From positions 15,102 through 79,101 of the IMG/VR virus record IMGVR_UViG_3300025470_000019: DNA of 64,000 nt, one strand, 5' to 3'. Position numbers and translations under genes: made by a program. The DNA comes from a virus (Duplodnaviria > Caudoviricetes). Positions 35,035 to 44,509 of the stretch are shown piece by piece (position 1 is the first letter of the stretch; each line of letters opens with the position of its first letter). The notes under the pieces are model-generated. The model was not told the DNA's origin. It worked only from the letters and a program-made list of their open reading frames with translations, and did not search any database.

Positions 35035-35100
35035 GGAATTTACTTCTCATTTAAGAGAAACCCAATATACGAACGTCCATTCGAGATTCAGCCGCTCAGT
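35005..35100 (-). ncRNA. Candidate ~90-nt ncRNA under an early promoter
   Basis: 10-bp terminal stem CGGCTGAATC/GATTCAGCCG enclosing two hairpins, then a U-rich tail; no ORF with RBS. Confidence 0.55.
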
Positions 35101-35106
35101 AAACTC

Positions 35107-35135
35107 ATTCTAACCTAGAATTTTAATTAAGTAAA
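35107..35135 (-). promoter_or_regulatory. Early promoter, copy 10
   Basis: TTTACT-17-TAGAAT. Confidence 0.8.
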
Positions 35136-35214
35136 GCATTAATATGCCAGCTCATAGAAGCGAAGACCACAAGCCACACGCGAACGGAGCAGCTTGGCGC
35201 GGAATACAATAGGA

Positions 35215-35724
35215 CTAAGCACCCTCGCCTACGAACCAAGGCTTAGTGGGATCGTGGCGAGTAAGCCACTTCTGATAGAGCCCTACTTCCATGCCATATG
35301 CGATAATCTCCCAAGGGCTGTCAAAATAGTGGTCCTCATTGCGCTTGGGCTTCCAGATCTCGCCCATCCAACGGCTGGTCATCTTCAGCCCACCCTTGGT
35401 GGGGATCATGATGCCTCCCTGCAGCTCATTCTTAGCATGCTGCTTCACATGAACCATCTCGTGACCGAGGGTCTTGATCATTTCCTCAATGTCCTGCTTG
35501 CGCAGCCCGATGGTGAACCAGCGAGGGTTGCGGGTGCCTTCCTCGTCGACGCACTCGCCCATAACATCAAGGGTCTTGCTCACCTCAATGTCGATATTGA
35601 GATTGCGGACCAAACGTGGATCCATGAGCTGAGCTGCAAAGAAGCGAGCAGCCTCCTCCAGCTTTGCCTTATCGCGCTTGCCGAGACCAGTGACCGTGAG
35701 ATTCATATCAGACTCCATTCCCAT
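35215..35724 (-). CDS. HExxH metallopeptidase-like early protein
   Basis: TLGHEMVHVKQ...PWEIIAY. Confidence 0.7.
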   Translation of the reverse strand: MGMESDMNLTVTGLGKRDKAKLEEAARFFAAQLMDPRLVRNLNIDIEVSKTLDVMGECVDEEGTRNPRWFTIGLRKQDIEEMIKTLGHEMVHVKQHAKNELQGGIMIPTKGGLKMTSRWMGEIWKPKRNEDHYFDSPWEIIAYGMEVGLYQKWLTRHDPTKPWFVGEGA

Positions 35725-35729
35725 TCCTC

Positions 35730-35758
35730 ATTCTAACCTAGATTGGAAAAAAAGGAAA
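35730..35758 (-). promoter_or_regulatory. Early promoter, copy 11
   Basis: TTTCCT-17-TAGAAT. Confidence 0.8.
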
Positions 35759-35785
35759 GCATTATCTTTGGTACAAATCAGTGAG

Positions 35786-37594
35786 TTAGGCTATCGCAGT
35801 AACAAAGGTGTTGTTTGCGGTTCCGTCCAGACAAAAATACTTGACATACATTGTGTTATGAGAACTGAGATAGAACGACGATCCGCCTGTGGCTTGTGTT
35901 GAGGCAACACCATGATTAAACTGCTGAGTTCCGCCAACATTATTGAAGATAAACAGTTCAACAGATTTTCCGGCAGTCAGGTTTTGGAGATTGGCAGTAA
36001 CTGTGCCTTGGTTTGTGTGAATATGAACAAAGTTATCTGTCGAGAAATCGATCAATACTGTGTTCGAAACTACGTTAGCAATTCTAACATTAGGAGCTTT
36101 GTATGCTGTATTTTGGTGAGAACCATCAGTAAAAGTAATGCCAGCATTTGAATTTGGGTTATTAACAAAACTCATTCCATTCGCATAAAATGCAACTGTT
36201 TCGTTTTGTATGGTGTTGGAACCTGTAGGCGTCAACTGGAAAGTAATTTTTGTTCCTGTATTGGCAGTATAAAAATCTTCGGCTGCCATCATATTGATGC
36301 GTCCAATAGAACCAGCGTATGTGTTACCGTCGGCTGTCCATCCTTGCATACTCATACGAATAATCGTGTCGTTTGCTTGAGTTTGTGTAGGCGAAACAAC
36401 AGTTCCGCGTGCTCCGCGCCCAGCAATTGCTGCGTAAGTGTTTGGGCCAAACGCATCAATACTGATACGAGCGGGTTGACCATCTTGCGCCGTTGCTTGT
36501 AATAATGTGCCATTATAGTTGCGCGGTTGCGCTACGCCAGAATTTGATCCAACAATAGATAGAGCAGAGTTCGTAGTTAATATTGTATTTGGAGTATGAA
36601 TCTGCACTTGACCGGTTCTATCGACAGCAAATGTGGGATTAGAATTTGTTCCTGTAGAATAAACAACAATAGGTCTATTGATAACAAGATTACCAGTAGC
36701 AGCAGTAGAACCAATATAGAATACTGCATTCGAATCTGTAAGACCAATAAAATTGTTTTGTAGTAAGAAATTACCTACTCTAAATCCAGCATTTGATTGT
36801 TCTGAAGTATTTGCTGATGTTGAGATGAAAAATACACCATTTGATACAGTCAATCTTTGATCTGGATAAGATGTATTTTGATCAGAGAAAATAATTGAAT
36901 TTGAGCCAACCCACATCGATTCCCAACGATTTGTTGTGTTGCCAAGAGAATATACTCCATTTGTGCTAGGAATAATACTTGATGGGACATGCAGCCAGTC
37001 AACAGTAGTGGTAACATTCGCGAATTCAAATTTCTTTACGTCAGTATTATAACGCAGAAACATATTGTTTGCGATACTGTTTCTGTCAACGTCATCAAGA
37101 TATCTCAGCTTGACTTCACCACCACCAGCAACGACTCCTGAAGCATTGCGGGCAAACCTATGCAGGTCAGCCAGAGTCTTCTTCATTAGGTCTATTTCTT
37201 TTCGAATACTATTCGGAATAGAATCGGTCTTGGCTACATATTCATCACGAGGAATCTTGGACAGAAGTTCAACTGACTTGGTGATTATATCTTTCTGTGG
37301 AAACTGTGGCATTGGCTGAGCACCAAGAGGAATAGCAACAGGCTCCTCGAGGATGATAGGTTCGACAAACTCATCCATTGATTCAACCAGAGCTTCGTGT
37401 AGGGATTCACTCTGCTGCTCTGTGATAATGGCTTTTTCTAGCTGTATCTCTTCGGGAGTGGGAAGTGCATCATTACGTTTGAGGTATTGTTCCAGTGCAC
37501 TGGCAGTCTGCCTGCGTTGTTGATCCGCAAGCATCTTTTCCTCATGCTTCTGTCTCGCAGCTCTGATACTTTCTAGGAAGATGTTATCTTTCAT
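35786..37594 (-). CDS. Virion/tail-fibre-like structural protein
   Basis: GGGEVKLRYLDDVD motif, beta-rich N/T/S/G body, late promoter (TATTTATA at 37622). Confidence 0.6.
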   Translation of the reverse strand: MKDNIFLESIRAARQKHEEKMLADQQRRQTASALEQYLKRNDALPTPEEIQLEKAIITEQQSESLHEALVESMDEFVEPIILEEPVAIPLGAQPMPQFPQKDIITKSVELLSKIPRDEYVAKTDSIPNSIRKEIDLMKKTLADLHRFARNASGVVAGGGEVKLRYLDDVDRNSIANNMFLRYNTDVKKFEFANVTTTVDWLHVPSSIIPSTNGVYSLGNTTNRWESMWVGSNSIIFSDQNTSYPDQRLTVSNGVFFISTSANTSEQSNAGFRVGNFLLQNNFIGLTDSNAVFYIGSTAATGNLVINRPIVVYSTGTNSNPTFAVDRTGQVQIHTPNTILTTNSALSIVGSNSGVAQPRNYNGTLLQATAQDGQPARISIDAFGPNTYAAIAGRGARGTVVSPTQTQANDTIIRMSMQGWTADGNTYAGSIGRINMMAAEDFYTANTGTKITFQLTPTGSNTIQNETVAFYANGMSFVNNPNSNAGITFTDGSHQNTAYKAPNVRIANVVSNTVLIDFSTDNFVHIHTNQGTVTANLQNLTAGKSVELFIFNNVGGTQQFNHGVASTQATGGSSFYLSSHNTMYVKYFCLDGTANNTFVTAIA

Positions 37595-37673
37595 ATCAAT
37601 TCCTTTAGGGGATATCCGGTCTATTTATAATTCCCCAGCACAAACCTAAATATAAGAAACTGCGGAGACATGA

Positions 37674-38078
37674 ATGGCCAATTCACCGATTCAACAACAG
37701 ACATTCTACTCGGATTTTCTCTTTGACTTCAAGAGGAATCCTGCCACTCATGACATCCTTACTGTAACAAATGAGCAGTCTGTTATTAACTCTATCAAGA
37801 AGATTCTCCGCACAAACAATTATGAAGTGCCATACAATCCTCGCTTCGGTGCCAATATTTACCATTATCTTTTTGAGCCATTTACAGAGTTTACACAGGA
37901 TGCGTTAGAGAAAGAAATTACATATGCAATCGAGGCATATGAACCAAGGGCGAATCTAATCAGTGTAACTGTTACTGGCAGTCCTGACGAGAACAGTATC
38001 GACATCACCATTGTTGTGTCGGTAATAAATAATCCAAACCCAATAACAGTTACAACAACACTCAGCAGGATTCGCTAA
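37674..38078 (+). CDS. gp25: Baseplate wedge subunit gp25
   Basis: YSDF..DF..NP...D, SIK.IL.TN..E.PY.P.FG.NI...LFE, YEPR. Confidence 0.9.
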   Translation: MANSPIQQQTFYSDFLFDFKRNPATHDILTVTNEQSVINSIKKILRTNNYEVPYNPRFGANIYHYLFEPFTEFTQDALEKEITYAIEAYEPRANLISVTVTGSPDENSIDITIVVSVINNPNPITVTTTLSRIR

Positions 38079-38688
38079 ACCTGCGTTTCTGAGACTCTCT
38101 CATTTTGAGTTTGGTCTCTTCAGTATGCGGCTTACGTTTCTTACCTTTTTGTGATTCAGATATTTTCTTTCTGGTGTATTCAGAGTGTTTACACCCAGTG
38201 CGAGAATTTCTCATCTTATTTCTTGTCTCTTTAGAAACAATTTTGTTTTTTTGTGATTCTGAATTTTTGAGTTTAGATTCTTCAGACACAGGAGCTCTAG
38301 TTTCCCAAGCTATGCGCATTTTGAATTTTGTTTCCTCAGAGCGTTTCTTTCCTGTTGCCGATTCTCTTATTTTTCTTCTGTGGTCCTCGGATAGTATTGT
38401 TCCATTTGGAGTGCCACTCAACCCATTTTCTTCTATCATATTAGCCCATTCGTCGGACTCAACAATATTGTTCTGTTTTGAGAAATTTAAAGCAAACTCT
38501 GTACATTTTTCTTGTTCATCAAACTCATACAATTCAATTGTGTTGATGTGTTCAATTCCATATTTCTTAACGTGCCTAAGCCAATACTTACCCGACCCTG
38601 TGTAAGTATATGGATTCTCTCTAATAGTTTTGCCAAAATACTTCAGACCCGTTATGGCATGCTGCTTAACGTACAGATAAATAATCAT
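38062..38688 (-). mobile_element. Free-standing GIY-YIG-variant endonuclease with NUMOD3 repeats
   Basis: IIYLYVKQH.ITGLKYFGKT, YTGSGKYW.RH, WANM.EE.G, HSEYTRKKIS. Confidence 0.85.
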
Positions 38689-38764
38689 AGCTGGTTCTCC
38701 TTACTGGGCTAGAGGTAGTGGGTTTCTTGCCGGTCACCGCGACTACCAGTTATTTATATAAATA
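38689..38764 (-). promoter_or_regulatory. Late promoter plus conserved structured endonuclease leader, copy E; palindromic bidirectional late box
   Basis: TATAAATA-act-GGTAGT-CGC-GGT-gaccggcaagaa-ACC-C-ACTACC-TCTAG...GGAGaa-cCAGC-t-ATG; TATTTATATAAATA at 38751-38764. Confidence 0.85.
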
Positions 38765-38797
38765 CAAATATTAACAGAGAGGCAATGAGGATCCAAA

Positions 38798-40561
38798 ATG
38801 GCCAATAATGTATTAGCAGTTACACAACTAGACTTTACAGGTATTAAAGATAGCCTCAAGACGTTTCTACGCAATTATCCACAGTTCATGGACTATGACT
38901 TTGAAGGTAGCAACCTAGGAACATTGCTTGATGTGTTAAGCTACAACACATATCTGAATTCGTTCTACACGAACCAAGCAATTAACGAAATGTTCCTTGA
39001 TACTGCTGTATTAAGAGACTCTGTTGTGTCACATGCCAAGGAACTTAACTATCTCCCTCGCTCTGCTCGTTCTGCCGAGGCAAAGATCGACCTGACTATC
39101 TATCCTACAGACTCTCCTGCAACCATTACGATTCCGTCAGGAACAAAATTCACTGGCTCATCTGGCCAGTCTGTATATACATTTCAGACTAACGAAGCGA
39201 TTGTCATCACTCCATACAACAATACATACACAGCTAATGCAGTGTCAATCTTTGAGGGAACGACAGTAACAGAAAATTTCATTGTGAATACTGCTATTAC
39301 TGACCAGAGATATATTCTATCCAATCCTAACATCGACACGACTTCACTAATCATCTCTGTATCCAACTCAACAGGCTCATCTGAGACATGGACTTTCTCT
39401 CCGAGTCTGTTAAATGTAACCACAACATCAAAGATATACTTCCTACAAGCCACTGCTGACAAATATGAAGTCCTGTTTGGTGATAATATCGCTGGTCTGT
39501 ATCCTCCTAACAACGGAACAATCACTGCTACCTATAGAACATGCAACCAAGACTCGCCAAATGGCATTAAAGCATTCAAAGCTGCACAGAATCTTGGTGG
39601 ATATTCTAACTTCTTTGTGACTACGAGCAAGGATGCGAATAATCTAATTATCTCGGCTACAGGTGGAGCTAGTCCTGAAAGTGTAGGTAGTATTAAGCTA
39701 AATGCTCCTCGTGCGTTCCAGACGCTTGAAAGAGCCGTGACAGCGAATGATTATAAAAACATTCTTTTTAATGCATATCCGGAAATCAGAGCGATCAATG
39801 TCTATGGTGGCGAGGAATTGTCTCCTCCACAATATGGCAGAGTGTATATCTCCGTTGATGTGACGAATGTGGTTGGTCTGTCTGATACTGAGAAGAATAA
39901 GATCCAGAGCTTCATCTCCACTCGTACACCAATCTCTATCTCTCCTGTGGTGGTGGCGCCTGACTATACGTTTGCCAGTGTGGTGACTGATGTGCAGTAT
40001 AACTACAATACCAGCACACTGTCTCCTGCTGACATTCAGTCTGCTGTGCTGTCTGCCATCTCTGCGTATAACAATGCGAGTCTGATTAACTTCAATACCA
40101 AGCTGAGATACTCAAAGCTGGTCGCTGCCATTGATGGTGCTGATGTGTCTATCACACAGAGCAATACCAGAGTGATGATCTTCAAGAAGATTAATCCTAC
40201 TCTGTCTACGAATTACTCTGTTGCTCTAGACTACCAGAATACTCTCGTCGCTGGGACTGTGACATCTTCTGGCTTCACATATGCTGGTGTGGCTGCAACA
40301 TTCCGTGATGATGGTGCTGGCAAGATTCAGATCATTACCACACTGAACAATGTGGTGACTGTGCTGAATAACAGTGTTGGGACGATTGATTATACCACTG
40401 GCATTATCAACCTCGTGAATCTCAATGTCTCTGAGTATGTGGGTAATGCCATTAATATCTTTGCAGAGACAGATCTGTCTGACTTCTCTGCAGTGAGAAA
40501 CACAATCCTTGAGATTGATGCCAATGAAGTAACCATTAACGTAACAGGGGTTCGCCAGTAA
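38798..40561 (+). CDS. gp6: Baseplate wedge subunit gp6
   Basis: LDF..IK..LK.FL, DYDFEGSN...LLDVL.YNT, LDTA.LR.SVVSHAK.L.Y.PRS, RAVTA.DY. Confidence 0.95.
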   Translation: MANNVLAVTQLDFTGIKDSLKTFLRNYPQFMDYDFEGSNLGTLLDVLSYNTYLNSFYTNQAINEMFLDTAVLRDSVVSHAKELNYLPRSARSAEAKIDLTIYPTDSPATITIPSGTKFTGSSGQSVYTFQTNEAIVITPYNNTYTANAVSIFEGTTVTENFIVNTAITDQRYILSNPNIDTTSLIISVSNSTGSSETWTFSPSLLNVTTTSKIYFLQATADKYEVLFGDNIAGLYPPNNGTITATYRTCNQDSPNGIKAFKAAQNLGGYSNFFVTTSKDANNLIISATGGASPESVGSIKLNAPRAFQTLERAVTANDYKNILFNAYPEIRAINVYGGEELSPPQYGRVYISVDVTNVVGLSDTEKNKIQSFISTRTPISISPVVVAPDYTFASVVTDVQYNYNTSTLSPADIQSAVLSAISAYNNASLINFNTKLRYSKLVAAIDGADVSITQSNTRVMIFKKINPTLSTNYSVALDYQNTLVAGTVTSSGFTYAGVAATFRDDGAGKIQIITTLNNVVTVLNNSVGTIDYTTGIINLVNLNVSEYVGNAINIFAETDLSDFSAVRNTILEIDANEVTINVTGVRQ

Positions 40562-43365
40562 TGTTCGACAAGACTATCTCGACTGCTGTTGCTTACCACT
40601 TCCCTGAGTTCTATAGAGCTGAGGGTGCCAACTTCGTTCAGTTTGTCAAGGCATACTACGAGTGGATGGAGCAGAGTGGCTATGAGATTGACGCATCTAA
40701 GTCTCTTCTAGACTACAAAGACATCGACACAACTGTTGATCAGTTCGCTGATCGTTTCAAGAATGAGTTTCTGGTTAACTTCCCTGCCATTACTCCTGCC
40801 AATAGAAATATCCTCGTCAAGAGAGTCAAAGACTTCTATACCAGTAAGGGTAGCACACAGGGTCTTCAATTGCTGTTTCGTCTTCTCTATGATGATGACA
40901 TTACTGTATATGATCCTGGCACAGATATTCTCAAGCCATCTGATGGTATCTGGAAGGTTCCACAGTATATCGAAGTAGAATCAAATCCCAAGAGCAAGAC
41001 CTTCACCAATCAGGTGGTGACAGGTGCCATCAGTGGTGCCACTGCGTTTGTTGATTCAGTCTACTCTACCACTATCAAGCAGAGATTCATTGACGTTCTC
41101 CGAGTGAGTGATGTCATGGGGAATTTTATCTATGGAGAACTGATTACTGTTGATGGTAATCTTACTGATGCACCAAAGGTGACAGGATCTCTCACCTCTA
41201 TTAATGTTGTAAATGGTGGTGCCAATAATACAATTGGTGATCTATTCAATATCACAAGTTCTACCTATGGCAAGTTAGGATCAGCTCGTGTTGTTTCTAC
41301 TACTGATGGTAGCGGCAGAGTTAATTTCCAGCTCGTAGATGGTGGCTCTGGCTTTACTACTGATGCTGCTCAGGTGCATGTGTCGAGCAATGTTCTCTAT
41401 GTTTCCAAGTTCACACAGAGTAATGCACAAAGAAGTGCATTGGTTACTGACTTTGAATATGTCAACCAGCCACTTACTACTCTCAGCTACTCTGTCACGG
41501 TTCCTGTCACTGTCAATGCAGCTTCGGTTGCAGGCTCTAATGTCTATGGCTATGATGCTACCAACACTCTGGTGGCGAATGGTGTTGTGGTTGCGACGAA
41601 TGCTGCCAGTAATGGTGTCACGATTAGTGTTCTCAGTGGAGACTTCACCCTCGCAGCGAATGTGACGACCACTGGGAACTCAGTAGTCTTTGATGGGTTC
41701 AGCACCGCCGATGCTACAGCTAGAGGCATTGTCACAGGATCTAATGCGACTCACGTTGGTCTTCACTCTGTCACCAACAAGTTCTATGCCAATGCCATGA
41801 CATATGGTGAGACGAGCAACACCTTCTTAACTGTCACTGCACTTTCGACCGGAAGTGGTGCTACGTTTGGTATTTCTTTCCTAACCAACACTGAAGTCGT
41901 TTCTGTTTATAACGATGTCATTGGTGGCAATAATGTCAATGGTATTCCCTACCTGAATATGGTGATCTCTGGTAGTAATTCCAACACTGGACTTCTGCCT
42001 GCCACTGGGTCTATCACCTGCAACAGTGCTACCAGCAACGTGACAGGTGTGGGAAGTCTATTTACGACCGAGCTGGCAGTTGGTGGTGGTCTTTATACCA
42101 CTGGGAATGTCTTTATTGGCACGGTGAATGCTATCACTAATGCTACTGCACTTCAGCTTAGTGCAGTAGCCAAGGCGAACGTCTCGAGCTCCTTATACAA
42201 ATACAACACTGGACAGCTTGGCTTTACCAAGACACCTACTGCAACATATAACAGCTTCCTGTTCGATATTCTTTCATACAGTAATTATACAATTGGTAGT
42301 ATCGCTCAGCTTGGTAGCATCAACCCAGGAATGAATTACAATATTAATCCATTCGTGGCAGTTCGTAACGATGTGATTGCAGCGTATAATAGAAAGAATC
42401 TCATTCTGTCACTTGCGAATAAGACAGGTGTTTTCGCAATTGGTGACGTTGTAAGTCAGAATGTGGTGACTTCATATACGACCGTGCAGTTTAATGCTAA
42501 CACTGCAGGATTCATTTCTGGCGAACCTGTCACACAGAGCAATGGCACTTCTAACTCATATGCGACGGTCTCTTCGATCAATGGTTACTACCTGACACTT
42601 ACTGATGTCAAGGGCACTTTCTCAGGAAACAGCCTTGGTGGACAGGCAATCAAGGGAATCAGCTCGACCGCAACTGCCAACGTGCTGGCTGTCAGCTCAC
42701 CTTCGTCTAACTCTATTGCCAAGGGTATTATTACCAGACAGATTGATTCATTCACATACGAGGTCAAGAGAACATCGTTCAACACGACTTATGTGACAGG
42801 TGTTGGTATTACGACCACTTCAGGTGGTACGGCGAATATTGTTTCTGTGACACAGAATACAGCATCAAGACCAATGGGCTTCAATGCTTCCCTTACTGCG
42901 AACGTGTCTACTGCCAAGGGAATTGCCGCTACACTGCAGGTTCTGGATTCGGGTCATGGTTACTTCCCAGGTGAGACGGTGACTCTGACAAGCTCGAACG
43001 TGAATAATCAGTTCGTGATCACTGGCACAGCGAATGTTTTCTATAATGGTGTTGGAACAGGTTACTGGGAAAACAACCAAGGCAAGCTCAGCTCAGACAA
43101 GTATATCCAGGATAACTACTACTACCAAGACTTCGCATATGAAGTACAGTCTAAGCTGTCATTAGATAAATACTCTGAAGTCTTAAAACAACTCGCCCAC
43201 GTTGCTGGAACAAAGATGTTCGGTAGAGTTAATGTTGGATCCAAGTCCATCATGAACTTTGCGCCTGTTTCGGCTATCGTTGTATTGGTTGACAATGAGA
43301 TAAGACAGAGAAATAATAATCTGACCACCGATCGTGCTGGCACCGTAATTCAATTAAGAGGTTAA
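40561..43365 (+). CDS. gp7: Baseplate wedge initiator gp7-like
   Basis: F..F.KAYYEW, FY.SKG....LFR.L, IQDNYYYQDFAY...S....Y..VLK.L.H.AGTK.FG. Confidence 0.8.
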   Translation: MFDKTISTAVAYHFPEFYRAEGANFVQFVKAYYEWMEQSGYEIDASKSLLDYKDIDTTVDQFADRFKNEFLVNFPAITPANRNILVKRVKDFYTSKGSTQGLQLLFRLLYDDDITVYDPGTDILKPSDGIWKVPQYIEVESNPKSKTFTNQVVTGAISGATAFVDSVYSTTIKQRFIDVLRVSDVMGNFIYGELITVDGNLTDAPKVTGSLTSINVVNGGANNTIGDLFNITSSTYGKLGSARVVSTTDGSGRVNFQLVDGGSGFTTDAAQVHVSSNVLYVSKFTQSNAQRSALVTDFEYVNQPLTTLSYSVTVPVTVNAASVAGSNVYGYDATNTLVANGVVVATNAASNGVTISVLSGDFTLAANVTTTGNSVVFDGFSTADATARGIVTGSNATHVGLHSVTNKFYANAMTYGETSNTFLTVTALSTGSGATFGISFLTNTEVVSVYNDVIGGNNVNGIPYLNMVISGSNSNTGLLPATGSITCNSATSNVTGVGSLFTTELAVGGGLYTTGNVFIGTVNAITNATALQLSAVAKANVSSSLYKYNTGQLGFTKTPTATYNSFLFDILSYSNYTIGSIAQLGSINPGMNYNINPFVAVRNDVIAAYNRKNLILSLANKTGVFAIGDVVSQNVVTSYTTVQFNANTAGFISGEPVTQSNGTSNSYATVSSINGYYLTLTDVKGTFSGNSLGGQAIKGISSTATANVLAVSSPSSNSIAKGIITRQIDSFTYEVKRTSFNTTYVTGVGITTTSGGTANIVSVTQNTASRPMGFNASLTANVSTAKGIAATLQVLDSGHGYFPGETVTLTSSNVNNQFVITGTANVFYNGVGTGYWENNQGKLSSDKYIQDNYYYQDFAYEVQSKLSLDKYSEVLKQLAHVAGTKMFGRVNVGSKSIMNFAPVSAIVVLVDNEIRQRNNNLTTDRAGTVIQLRG

Positions 43366-43369
43366 TTCT

Positions 43370-44506
43370 ATGGCAAATACCTATATCTACCAAATGACCG
43401 ACACGTGGAATTCGCTTGCGTCGGATTACGTCGGCATTGGTCTAGATGTTACTGACACGTCTTCCACTTCCAACTCAGCTCTGATGAACCTTTCGGTTGG
43501 TGGCGCGAATCAGTTTACTGTGTTTAAGTCGGGAGACGTTTTCGCAACTGGTGGTTTAGCTGCCAATGCTATCAATACGTTAAAGCTGGCTGATGGTATC
43601 ATCGTCGACTACTCAGCTGCGGCTAGTATGGGTCGTATTATGGTAGGTCTGGGAGATGGCTTTACCTTCTATTCAGGTAACAGCACTGCAGTTGGTGCTA
43701 ACGTTGTCATGATGACTATTAGCAACACTGGTGTGGCTCAGCTTGGTAACTCCTCTGCGAACGTGCAGCTTGGTGGTACGACCGTTCTTGGCACTCCAGC
43801 TGTGGCTGTTGGCTATGGTAACTCGAACTCGTCAGTAGACATCGTTGTCACGAATTCTAATACTGGTGGTAACACCTCGGCTGACTTTGCGGCTTATGAT
43901 GGTAGCGGTCTCAGTGGTGTCAACTTCATTGACATGGGTATTAATGGCAATACTTGGTCAAATTCTTCATGGACGATCAATGGTCCATCGGATGGCTATC
44001 TCTATACAGGTAACACGAACCTCTCAATTGGTACTGCAGGTGGTGCTGTCACCAATGGCTATATTAACTTCTTCACCGCAGGCACATTAGCTGCCAACGA
44101 AAGAATGCGTATCACTCCAGGTGGTAACGTTGGTATTGGCAATACTGCACCTGATGCGACGTTCAAGGTGACAGGAACTGCAAATATCTCGGGTAACGTA
44201 GTTCTTAGCTCTAATAGCCTTCTTCTAGGAACAGGTGGCACAGCTGCGGCTCAGTCGGCTAATGGTTGGACAATGCTTCCTAATGGTATGAAGGCGAACT
44301 ATGGCTGGATCGCTGCGAATAGCTCTGTTGCGAATGCTACCTTTACTAGCCCATTCACTACAGCTTGCCTTCATGTATTCCTGACTTCTGTTAGTGCCAC
44401 TGCCACTGGTCCATATTTGATCCAGCCAGCGAATACGACTGTTGCTCCTATTAGAACAACTTCAGCTACTGCCGCTAACGTCGCCTACTATGCAATAGGA
44501 TATTAA
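43370..44506 (+). CDS. Tail/baseplate fibre-associated protein
   Basis: ERMRI...GNVGIGNT.P repeat; C-terminal GW..LPNG....YG...F..PF...C domain. Confidence 0.6.
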   Translation: MANTYIYQMTDTWNSLASDYVGIGLDVTDTSSTSNSALMNLSVGGANQFTVFKSGDVFATGGLAANAINTLKLADGIIVDYSAAASMGRIMVGLGDGFTFYSGNSTAVGANVVMMTISNTGVAQLGNSSANVQLGGTTVLGTPAVAVGYGNSNSSVDIVVTNSNTGGNTSADFAAYDGSGLSGVNFIDMGINGNTWSNSSWTINGPSDGYLYTGNTNLSIGTAGGAVTNGYINFFTAGTLAANERMRITPGGNVGIGNTAPDATFKVTGTANISGNVVLSSNSLLLGTGGTAAAQSANGWTMLPNGMKANYGWIAANSSVANATFTSPFTTACLHVFLTSVSATATGPYLIQPANTTVAPIRTTSATAANVAYYAIGY

Positions 44507-44509
44507 TAG

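Noticed and set aside
141-38688. Endonucleases as group I intron ORFs
   Set aside because: Flanking genes are intact, the ORFs are antisense or intergenic, and no intron core is visible.
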